NCBI GenBank assembly: GCA_001938485.1
Contig: MQRK01176777.1
Span: forward strand, 6,165 to 60,211
Reading direction: 5' to 3'
DNA length: 54,047 bases
DNA from: Girardia tigrina
Taxonomy: Eukaryota
The notes beneath the pieces are model-generated. The model worked only from the letters and a program-made list of their open reading frames with translations. It was not told the origin of the DNA and made no database searches. A program made the translations under genes and the position numbers. Below are positions 21,321 to 32,779 of this stretch, in pieces. Every line of letters begins with the position of its first letter. Position 1 is the stretch's first letter.

Positions 21321-22599
21321 AAGTGTGCAAAATCAATAAGTTCACAATTGTGCAAAGTGTACAATATTTATGTTTTTATATAATAAAGCTAAGCATAGGT
21401 CGAAGGTAGTAAGATATCGAAAATCTGTTTAAACAAATATATAGTAACTTATATATGAATAGTCACATTCAATATCAACATTTTTGAAAAAATCGATACG
21501 AAGTGCTTTTTCGAATATATGCACATTATGTGTGCAAATATTATATTATAGATATGTATTATATTATGATATTATACTATGTTATCAACCAATATCGTAT
21601 CAACCATTCAAAACATGACCATATCAAGGCGATATCGTCATGCATTCATCGTGTCAATGTATTGTATCCATCATGTCAACGTATTGCATCCATCATGTCA
21701 ACGTATTGAACTCATCGTATCAATACACAGCTGAACATGTAAAAAATACAGAAAATGCTTATTAATATATAAAGTACTAAAAGAACTACCTTATCAAACA
21801 TTACCATCATGCTATCATTCTTCAAATTTACCATATGAAACATCAAAAATACCTTATCAACCATATCATCAACCATCACATTTACCTTAACAATCATAAA
21901 AATCCCCATATCAACTATCCAATATACCTTATCAAACATACCATCAACCATCAAAATTTACCACGGGTTTATTTGAAAAACCTGCCGTCACTGCAATTTC
22001 GGAGAGTCATCTGTTTACACAGGTATCTACTGGGCGGTTTCGTTTTCTCTAATGTATCTCGTTTCATTTCAGACAAGTCATACGGTCTGTGAATCATTGC
22101 ATCGGGACTTCTACGTGGACTTATAAGTAATTAATTTTGGTAATGAATTATAATTCTATCTTTCCTTTATTAGTTGATTTAAGGGTCATACGGCTTCTAG
22201 CGGTGGTAACTTGGGACGGAGTGTAGTCTAATTACGACGTACTCCACTACTATGCCTTGTTCGGCTTCTCAGAATTTCGGGTGAGCTCTTGTGGCTTTTC
22301 AGAGCTCTGGCTTATTACTTTTTCATTATGCAGCTCACAACCATCTTCGGAGGGTCTCTTCATTCTCAGGTACAGGAACTCATGCTTATTGGCTCTTTCC
22401 CGCTGTTCGCCGTTCTACATGTACATGGAATTCACTTAAACGTAACGGTAATAGTCGAGTTAGATCATTTCCCACTTCACTATAACGGTTTCATGCATGT
22501 GGGATGGTGTCGATATCAGGAAGGGTTAATGTCATTTGTATCGTAACACGCGTCTCTAAATATTGGAGGAAAGTAGATACGGGTAATTATTAACTTGAC

Positions 22600-22900
22600 C
22601 TGTAACGGTGGCACGCCACCGAGAGCTGGGTTTTTATAGAGGGGGCCACTACTTCTGTCGACCGGGATTGAAGATACTCGATGGTCCGCCGATGCTACCA
22701 AAATGATGGTTCATTTGGGCGCCGATTGTTGGGATTTAATCAAGTGATTAATTAATCTAGCGCGGCCGTCGAGCGTAGACGCGCGGCCTCCGTATTCGGC
22801 CAATCGGAACTGTGCGAACGCCACAATTTGATATCGATCAATCGAGTGGCAGAAATCGACCGACAATAAATCGACAACGGTCGGCGGTGGCTTGTTGTTG
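22600..22900 (-). promoter_or_regulatory. CpG-rich putative Pol II promoter (TATA plus CCAAT-like boxes)
   Basis: Minus-strand TATAAAAA at 22638-22631 in a GC-rich context; GGCCAATCGG at 22798; GCGCGGCC twice. Only a decayed reading frame follows. Confidence 0.35.
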
Positions 22901-24708
22901 ACGATTTGTGTTAAATAATGACGATAGCGCTTCACCTTTTTTCTGGTTAGAAGGTCAAATAAAGGACATACAAAAAAAATCAACTTATTCGAAATATCAC
23001 AAAAATTTATTGATTAGTAAAACAATTGCTATTTCAGTGATATTTATTATTTACATTTATTTTTTATATAGATAAGTAAGATATGTGATTTTTGATGTAA
23101 ATAATATTAGTATTTTTATGATAATAAAGATTCTTTTAGTTATTAGATTTGTTATTTAATTAAAAGTGGTTACTACATAAATAAATAAAGATTCAAATTT
23201 ATCGTTGAGTTAATTTTTTATGTAACAGAAATTTTCCAAGGAACAAGAAAGAAGTTACGTTCTTCTAAAAGGTGGCATAGAATACAATCACATGGAGGAA
23301 ATGTCACTACTGTTGGTACACAACTGTGACAAACACGAGATGCTAACGAAAAAAAATCAAAAAAATGTTTAAGATTATGAGTTAGGATTACATCAATGAG
23401 CTATATTATATTTGGTGCGATAAATTGTGCGTTATCGACGAAGAAAAGAATCTTACAGTTGATGAAGCGCATCTTCGCATTCAGCTATGTGAGCTATTTA
23501 GAGAACAGTGTTTGTCATTCACGTTTTCTTATTAGATCGCCAGAATTAATAATAGTAGTTATTCTTAGGTAAAGGGTTTAGCTTAGGGTAAATATTTGTT
23601 TTAATATTATTTGATAAAAAATTTCATTAATAAATTTCCACATGTTTTATTTGATTTTACGATACTATTATGACAGAGTTACATGTCTCTGTTTGATAGC
23701 ATTCTCAATGAATGTAATATTTTATGTAGATAAGGGATTTTCTATTGTGTGTTCTCGAGAAAACGGTCCGAGATGCAGGATGAAGAGGTTTTCGAGATAG
23801 GGAAGTGTAAATCATAGTTCGTATCTGCATTTTTGTCTCTTTGTCCGTGATTTATTCGTATTTTGCAATCGATTTTTCTTCAACTTCCCATGATTTGATT
23901 GAGCTGAAATTTTACTCAAATGTGAAATTCATCTGACAATAAATGTATAAATGAAAAAATTACTATATTAATGATAAATGAATAATGTCTCAATTTGATC
24001 GTTTTATTTTTTCTGCTCCGTCTCTGTATGTTAGGTATTGCTAAAACCGAAATCGAGATATTTATATTATTTTATTATATGTATGTGTAAGTCTGCAATA
24101 ACACGTTTTTGTCTGCAGTTGCAGCAATGTTGCAATTAATCAATTCCCGATCGCTAAATTGTTGAAATGGATTTTTTTATTTTCCTTTATTTAATATTTT
24201 ATTCTTAAAGGAATAAGTGAATAAATGTCTATATACAACTTGTTTTCAAAAATCTAATAAATATTATTGACTTTCAGTCGCCAGACACTATTACTTAATC
24301 AATATTTTGTCAAAACTGTAAGAATAATATTTTTGCATCAGAAAATCAATTATAAATTTGGATATCCTAGAAAATATCACAACAGTATATTAAAAAATAA
24401 TTTTTATTTTATTAATTCATTAATATTTTTGAGCTCTCTTACTACTTTCTAAAAGTATGAATACGAATGAATGGAATAGATTGAAATCATACGCCAATAA
24501 AGTGTTAGAATATATAAGGTTACGCCTCGTATTTAAAAATTTTTGTTTGAGAGTAGCGACATCAATTAATTTGAACTTATTTATTGTTTCGGTTGTGTTC
24601 GTTTTTCATTATCCTTGTCATTTTACAGTTTTATTTAGAGTCGCAAATTTCTGACGACTTAAATTGTTCAAATTATTGCTTTCTGAGATTTTATCAAAAT
24701 TTAATATA

Positions 24709-25985
24709 CAAGGTGAGTCAGAAGTCACCGGCAGTCAAAACGACACAGGTTTTAAAAATTCAATTTATTATTACATTAAAATTGTGTACAGAATAGCAAG
24801 CACTTCATCATAAATCCATCACTAATTTCTCTGCAAGAATTCATTATCATTGCCACAAATTGATCTATTGCTCCCGGCTTTTTGGCATACACTAATTCTT
24901 TAACACACCCCAAAGAAAGAAATCAGGAGGAGGAAGTTCTGGAGAGCGAGGAGGATACTCGATGGAACCGCGGCGACCAATCCATCTTTTTGGAAAGTTG
25001 TCGTTGAGCCAGTTTCGCGCTATAATGCTGTAATGGTGAGGTGCACCATCTTGTTGAAACCACATCTCCCAAAGCGGCCAGTTCTTCACAGAGGATATAA
25101 AATTATTGTTAAGCATTGACACGTAACTATCACCTGTCATAGAACCTTCAAAGAAAAATGGCCATACCAGACCGGAAGCAGTGATTCCAATCCAAACTGC
25201 GAGACCAACTGCGTTGACTTCTTTTTGTAGGATTTCATGCGGATTTTCATGGATCCAGTAAACAGAATTGTGACGATTGACCTGTCCGTTAGGCTTGAAG
25301 GTTGCCTCATCACTCCAAATAATCTTCTCCGGAAATGTAGCATCTTCATGACAAAGTTGTTGAAAAATCTGAGAGAATTCAACTCGACGGTCATAATCAT
25401 TTTCATTCCAGGAGTGGAGTAAATGTGGAGAGTAAGGTTTTAAATGAGCATCGTACAGGAGCCTGAAAATGGAAGTTTGAGAAATGCTAAGCTCTTGTAA
25501 TGCTCGTCTGGTGGATTTTCGAGGACTATTCGTAAAACTATATGTAATAATTTGTCTGTTTTTCAGAGTTGCAAACAGATTTAGATCTACCACATCTAGG
25601 AAGATCTTCACAGGAACCAGTTATTTCAAAGCGGTAAATTAGATTCGCTATTGTGTCTCTTTTAACCGCCCTACTAATTTTTTCTTGGAATCGTTTACAT
25701 GTTTCACTTTTATTGTCCGTTTTATAAAATGTTTTTATGAGAAGTACGCGTTCTTCAGTTATTAGTTTGGCATTATTTGACTCTGCCATTTTTAAGGTTT
25801 GTTAAATGATGAAATTATCGACTATAAATATGAAATTATCGACTTAAATAGACTATTTGTAAGATGTGTTCACATGATCTTCTTAGTGAGTTTACAAGAA
25901 ATCAATCGACTGATCGATGTATACTCATTTTTATACACTTGGATCACTAATATTATGACTGCCCGGTGACTTCTGACTCACCCTG
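24709..25985 (-). mobile_element. Tc1/mariner DD41D (rosa/Visitor-type) transposon, both TIRs present, frameshifted
   Basis: TA-CAAGGTGAGTCAGAAGTCACCGG...CCGGTGACTTCTGACTCACCCTG-TA. N-terminal HTH (25538-25789), WSDEATF, and QQDGAPHH with 41 residues to the D of PPRSPELPPPDFFLWG. Confidence 0.93.
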
Positions 25986-27234
25986 TATTACGTCCAAAAC
26001 ATGTTTATTTAGTCAATTTTCTTATGTTTTCATATTATACCACATGATTGATACTTAATGGTAAATATTATGAATGATAAACGCAACAGATGTTTACATA
26101 CTCGTTTTTTCCTCCAAAACAGTAAATTTTATGAATCATAATTTGCATCATTAACTTGTTTAGAGTAAATTAGAAACAGGACGTAATTTTTAAAACAGAT
26201 AATACAGGCTTATACTTAAAAAGTAAGTATTACTAGTAAGTTACTGAGATCATAATGAAATGGATATCAATTTATTAGAAAGATTAAAATCTCAAAACCA
26301 ACACAAAGGACTATGCTTATTAATTATACAATATGCTTCTTAAATCTCAAATAAGTAGATTCAAACATTTAGACATGCTCAAATATTAATCAATATTAGA
26401 CGAGAAATGCTCTTATGAATCTGCAATCCTCATTTTTATTGATTTCTGCCAACGTATTACTAATACGATATTAGACATTTACTTATTCAGAATTTTTTAG
26501 AGAAGTACAGCTAAATACTAGTAGTTCCATTCTTGCATTGAGTTATTGGTTACTTATTTCATTATTATTTTTATTTTACTAGCATTAAAATCAATAATTA
26601 TTTTTTTTTAATATTACCATTAATGATTGGTGGAAATAATATCTTCGTTATTTTGTTTATTTTTTAAACGCAGAAGTAAAGCTTAGTATAAACCCTTCTT
26701 TACAAACATTTCTGTCTTTTGATTAAAACTAGGGTTCATAGCTTTTCCATTGATTCCTTTAAATGCATAACATTTGTATTTTTAATTTTCTTGTCTCCAG
26801 AATTTCGACCATCGATACATAATTATTACGCATACATCATTCACCAAAAGTTCTTCTTAATAAGTCGAAAAAAAATGAAGGTACACATATCCCTCGTTTT
26901 ACACGGCACATTTTAAAACTTTTTTACATGTAAAGAATAATATTGAAAATCAACGAAAATAATTTTACGTTTAATGTCTAAAATATTTCTTACAAGAAAA
27001 TAGATGTTTAGATATATTATTTCGTACAAATCGAGGCTCATGTGCATAATCTATCTAAAAATTAAAAACTGTCCTTAAGATATTTTAACAGAATATTTTC
27101 ATCCCACAAACCAAACCATGGCTATTATCCTTTAATGATAAATTTAACCGCTTTCAGACAATAATTATTCGGAATAATTTATTGAACTCTGTAAATAACA
27201 TTTGTGAGATCATTATCGAACATTGATATCTAAA

Positions 27235-29023
27235 TTAATTTAACAAAGCCAGATTGTTTAGAGCATCATGAAATTTAACAACATCCAGAAATTTCATTCC
27301 AAATTCGTTTCTCAAACTTTTATTGAAATAATCTGTGGATTTTAATCTCATATCAATCATAATTTGCAGTAAGCGGCCATCAACACCGGCTAAATGCGTC
27401 TTTAAATATCCCATTTGGCAATCTTCAAGCCATTTGGAAACGTCTATAGCACTCCATTTATTAATAGTATTCATATCACTCTCTTTATTCTCTTCTTTTT
27501 GAATCTCATCTTCTTCCGATATATCATTTTCTAAATGTAACTGAATTGATTTTCGTAATTTAATAATTTCTATTTCAGTGTCTCTTCGTTCACTGAATTC
27601 ATAGTAAACCTTGGTGCCCATAATGAACCCTAGCCAACTGCTCGGTTTATATTTCAGCTCTACAACGATCGGGATTATCGGTTTCTTGATCTTTAGTGCG
27701 TATTCGGCCTCGAGTCGACAATTCTCGCTTTTTCTGTATGAACTTGAGCTTGCCAAGATGAATAATCTCGAGTTCTCGATTCCGTTTGCCATTGCTTCGA
27801 TTGATGAATCTTTCATTTGTTCTTCATCGATCCAAACTCGAAATTTATACGACTTTAACTTCTGATATATTTGACGAATGTTTGATTTATTCGCCCAAGC
27901 GTAACTCAGAAAAACATCGAAAGAGTATTTCTTGTTCGAACATTTCTTTTCAGTCTCTGTTTTGTGAAATGATTCAGCTCGATTTTGAACTTTCCATAAA
28001 ATACCATTGCAGTTTCTTCTAATCTTTTCACAATGAATATTTGCAAAAGGTTTAATTACTTCTTCAATCGAATATTCGTCTTTTAATTTCTGTTTAATTT
28101 TTTCATTAAAACATAAATTCTCAATCGTCCCTAAGGCCGATTCAACAACATCGTCTTCCTTATTTCGTATCATATCAATCAGTATCGGTATTCCTCCTTC
28201 TTCATCGATTCTAATCTTCATATTGTCATTACACGAGATGCACCGCAATCCATGAACCAATTCCTTTAGAGTGAATCCATTTGATCTTTCATTCATATCA
28301 TTTATATATCGAATATGTTTTATCAAATTCTTGATAATTCCTAAACCTTCGTCGAGTGTACCGATCTGTGACTCTTCCACCAGATACGATAACGTCAGAA
28401 CAGAAATCAATCCTAATTCATCATCACAATTTAATTTAATATATCTCTCCAAAGCGTTTATGATTCCCGGGACTCTGTAATTGATATTATGACAGAGATT
28501 ACGAGCAATATTATTGATGATAACTACTGATCGGTAGAGGAATTTCTTAGTTTCGGGATCACTGATGTCTCCCGATGAATCAACAAGGAAGAAGGCATCG
28601 ATCAGAGAATGCAAGATCTCCGACGATAAAACAGATTTCGCGAAATCGTCCGAGTGATCGGACAAATTAATCACGATCGTTTGAATCAATCTGACCGTTT
28701 CATCCGTAACTAACTCTTTCCTATTGACATTCATTAGATAAATAGTATTCAGTCTCGAGCACAATTCTCTCTCGATACAAGTCTCGCAAATTGCGTCGAT
28801 GAATGTATCATAGAAATCGTAATACCAATCTTTAATCGTCGTCAAAATTCTCTGTGATTTGTCGGTATTTCTGTGAGCAAGAGAGTCGTCTAAGGCATTT
28901 AGTAATCGATTGATATAATCAACGAACTCGTGTCGTTCGTAGTGACACAATTCGTATTGATTAAAGATCGATCTGAAAGAAAATGAAAATACGATTGAAA
29001 TAAAGTTGTTATTCTTACTCCAT
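27235..29023 (-). CDS. ARM-repeat / TIR / SAM-like protein, copy B (exons 29023-29019, 28972-27235)
   Basis: Same domains as copy A (SENCRLEAEYA in TIR). Probable true start is ATGGA|gtaaga...tttcag|ATCG with a 46-nt intron (29018-28973), giving MESIFNQYEL... Confidence 0.9.
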
Positions 29024-29999
29024 CGAGAAAAATATTTAGAGAGAAAATGTTCGTAAATTATCTTTTTTACATATTTCACTTTTATATTGATAAATATTGA
29101 TTCAATATTATTAAATCGATTAGTTCTATTAAAAAAACAATATTTATAATTAGTGAATGTTTATTTTGTACGGCTATCAAATATTATTGATATATTAAAA
29201 CAATTGGTTTTATTAAAATGGGTATAAGTAAGAAATGTTTCTTTTGTGTAACCAATTATTTTCATTTTCTCATTTATAATGGCATTAAATTACAGTTTTT
29301 GGAACTAACATTTGAAATCATACAAAAATGTTCTTAACAAAAGAGATTGCTAGATTTGATTTACTAAGCTCAGAAAATCTATAGGTTAGGCAGAAAATCG
29401 CTAAATGAGATGTACCGATGATATTAACTCATTCAAAATTAGAACAATTGAGTAATTGTCTAATGATTACAATGTACTAAGGCTTTTATAAACTACTAAG
29501 CAAAGTATATATAATATAATAAGAATTAGTGAACGGTTGAAGTTTATAAATCATAAGCATTTTATCGAAAAATTATGAAATGATAAAAATAAAATAACGA
29601 ACTTTTATTAGAAAAAAATATATTAAAAGCATAACCAGAAATGATAACAGAACAGGTACAGCACTGGCATGGTTGCGACACTCCGGCATTTGATGGCGGA
29701 CTTCGGGTCTTGGGAAACAAACTATTGATACCTCACTGAAAGTCACAATCATTAACTGGTCAATTGTGTAGCCTTTGTCGGCTCTCTCGGCACTCTTGGA
29801 CATGCGCGGCCAGTTTCCCGTAGTCCAACTTCCAACATCTGACTCAGAACAACAACAATTCAAAAATAAACAAACATACAGGAAACAATCCAATAAACAA
29901 TCCAATCAAAAAATAATTTTAAAAATTAATCAATCGTATAACAATCAAACAATTTTAATTTTAACATCATTCTCGTACTTCACAGATTGAAACATGTTC

Positions 30000-30632
30000 T
30001 TCCCTCCAGTCTTTACGAAAACTTCTCTCATTCTACCTACTTAACCCGGAAACAATTACATCACTACCAATATTCCATTTTCCGCATTCTGCTCCTTCAT
30101 CTAATTGCCAAACGTTTTTTCTTACTAGGATTTCTGGACCTTTTTTCATCTATTTATTTCTATTTCTTAAAGTCAGAATAATTTTATTTTTCCATCGTAT
30201 CCATCAATGATTCAAAAGTTCGTGGATACGTTTCGATTGACTTCTTAAACTAGAAACATTTGATTTAAATTCTTCAAATTCATGCACTTCTCTATAACCC
30301 GGTCTAATAAAATAGTTAGATGTAAGTATTTCTTCTTCTTCATTTCTTTTATACAAGACAGCTAACGGTCTTCCATTCAAAAATCCATCAACTTCAATAA
30401 ATATCAGCAATAATTCTGTGTTTGTTTCTTCTGCGTCTCCTAAGATTAATTGCATCGCTTTCTTGGATTTTCGAATCATAACTTTAAAAATTTCACAGAA
30501 ATGCCGAGGGCAGGGTTAAAATTCATCTTATTTCTCCCAAATTTAATTTCTTTTTGATTGGAGAGTTATTAATTTGACTATTTACGATTTCCTTCGAAGC
30601 TGCAATGAAATTCGTTCCGTTATCAGATACAA
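30000..30632 (-). mobile_element. BEL/Pao LTR retrotransposon integrase remnant
   Basis: IVSDNGTNFIAASKE at ~30590-30632; ORF 30204-30479 ELLLIFIEVDGFLNGRPL...ILTSNYFI...LLNH*WIRW. 29580-29950 may be its LTR, but this was not established. Confidence 0.8.
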
Positions 30633-30634
30633 TA

Positions 30635-31586
30635 TTAAGTTATTACAAGAAGAATGCAGGTTTTAGTTTTTTTGTATTTACAGCAATGTTATACGACTAA
30701 AGCATGTATGATGTTATGTAATGTATGATGTTATGAGTCATTTAAAAGCTTAATTTATACTCTTTCAGATATATTTGTCTAAAACTTATTATGGTGTTTC
30801 TTTTGTTAATAATTTCGATTCTAATTGCAGATGTCAAAACGTGATTTTCGCAACATTTGCTTCTACGAGTTCAAACTAGGGCGTTCAATGCAGCTCAAAT
30901 CGCTCGAAACATCAACAAAGTTTCGTGCAAGTCAAGGGTCAATGAATGCACGGTGCAGCGCTGGTATTAAAAATTTTGTTCTGGTAATACCAGCCTGGAA
31001 GATGAGCCTCGTGGAAGTCACCTATCGACGATTGACAACAATGAATTGAAGGAGCTGGTAGAAGCTGGTCTACACACAAGTGTTCGAGCACTTGCAGAAA
31101 AGCTTAATGTTGATTCTTCAACCGTCGCTCGGCACTTGAAACAAATTGGAAAGTTGAAAAAGCTCGATCAATGAATGCCTCACGAATTGAATGAAAGTCA
31201 AAAAAATTTTAGTTTTGAGGTGTCTTCCGCGCAACAACCCGTTTCTCGATCGGATTGTGAAGTGTGATGAAAAGTGAATTCTCTACAACAATCGGCAACG
31301 TTCGGCACAATTCTTGGATCTCGATGAGGCTCCTCACCACTTTCCGAAACTGAAACTCCAACAAAAGAAGGTTATGGTGAATTTTTAGTGGTCTGCAGCC
31401 GGTCGCACCTATCACAGCTTTCTGAATACGTGTGAAACGATCACTGCAAAGAAGTATTGCCAACAAATTGACAAAATGAATCATGAGCTCCGACATATGT
31501 GCCCGAGATTGGTCAATATGAAGAGGTCGATTCTCCTCCACAACAACGCCCGGTCACACATAACAAAACCGACCCTACAAAAGCTA
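30635..31586 (+). mobile_element. mariner (SETMAR/Hsmar1-like) transposon, 3'-truncated, inserted into the BEL/Pao element
   Basis: TA + TTAAGTTATTACAAG terminus; FYEFKLG, TVQRWY, SLEDEPRG, KKLDQ*MPHEL, FLDRIVKCDEK*I, LLHNNARSH; multiple stops. Confidence 0.9.
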
Positions 31587-31648
31587 ATACGAGGTGAAAG
31601 TGTAAAAAGTTATGGATAGCAATACTTCTTATTATATATATATATTTG

Positions 31649-32383
31649 ATTTTTGAAAAAAAACATTAGTTCTTTAAAATATGTTAAATTCAAAAAGTTA
31701 AAATCGTTTACTAAAAATATTATTAAAATTTATAATTATAAAACTTTCAATTGATTAATGTTTAAAAAGTAATCCCATTAAATTAATTTCATTAGATTTA
31801 AATAATTAATCAATAACATATCAATCCCATCTGAGTAGGAGAGTCACCATTTTAAACAGCATAAAAACAGCATTCCGAATTTTCCCTCACACAAATTTTT
31901 AATTTTTTAAATTATGTTTTAAAAATATACTTTTTAAAGTTTTTAAATAATTTAAATTTCGATCAACAAAATCAAAATTAACTAACTCCTCATAGTAGGG
32001 AATCTACGAAAAAATTACGAAAGAAAATTATTATTTATTTAATTTATAAACTCATTTATGAAAAAGCGCAAAACATTTTTCGGTAAAAGACTAATTATTC
32101 AATTGATTCATGTATTGTCATCGAAATCACACAGCTGTATAAAATTTCTGCTCAATCAATTTTTCATCATGAAAAGTAGATAGAATATCGTTTACAAAAT
32201 TTGTAGCGGACAAGTAAACAAACAAACTAAAAGAAATAAATTAATAGATGGGTGGTAAAAAGAGACATTCCTGGTCGATAGCAGGAAATCTCGATGTAAC
32301 CATTTTATTACGATTTCAAAAAATTTAATTTTATTGGGTGATAATTCTAATATTTTTATTTGTTCAAAAATTCATGGGAAATA
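31649..32383 (+). repeat. Dispersed direct duplication; second copy 42766-43826
   Basis: Highly similar AT-rich sequence in both places (e.g. CAATCCCATCTGAGTAGGAGAGTCACCAT; CTGGTCGATAGCAGGAAATCTCGATGTAACC). The second copy has ~330 extra bp at ~42980-43310. Confidence 0.92.
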
Positions 32384-32597
32384 CAGTACGACCTCGTTTT
32401 GGGGAAACCCAAACTGCGGGAAAACCTTTTATTGGAAGAAAACCTCGGTTCTGGGGAAAAGTTTATCATTAAAAAAAAAGTTTTTTTTTCAATATCGAAT
32501 TTTCTAGATCAATACAATATCATTGTATTTTTAGTAAACACGATTTAGTTTATTTTTTCGCCATAATCTATTTTTTGATCAGAACTAATAATGATCA

Positions 32598-32629
<32 letters not shown>

Positions 32630-32694
32630 AACTCTTACTTCTTCTAAATGATCAAGTTTGAGTGTCTTTTTTGCCCCAAAACGGGGTCGTACTG
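32384..32694. mobile_element. 311-bp Tc1/mariner/pogo-type MITE with TA target duplication
   Basis: TA-CAGTACGACCTCGTTTTGGGG ... CCCCAAAACGGGGTCGTACTG-TA (21-bp TIR, 1 mismatch); subterminal GGGGAAA repeats. Confidence 0.9.
32589..32660 (-). rRNA. 72-nt 18S rRNA 3'-terminal fragment (pseudogene) inside the MITE
   Basis: Plus strand TAATGATCATTCCGTAGGTTCACCTACGGAAACCTTGTTACAACTCTTACTTCTTCTAAATGATCAAGTTTG is the reverse complement of the conserved eukaryotic SSU 3' end (helix 44 end and helix 45), about 5 mismatches to the consensus as I recall it. Confidence 0.92.
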
Positions 32695-32779
32695 TAATAA
32701 AATTTAAAATTAAATTCATTTTTTTACTATTTGATAATATATTTTTTATTAAACTACGATTAACTGACAGTGACCTCAT

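Noticed and set aside
21712-22092. ORFs 21712-21954 (-) and 21835-22092 (+)
   Set aside because: Products of ATCAACCAT-type low-complexity repeats; no domain signal.
32589-32660. Functional rDNA unit
   Set aside because: Only 72 nt, substitutions at conserved positions, enclosed in a MITE, and no other rRNA sequence nearby.
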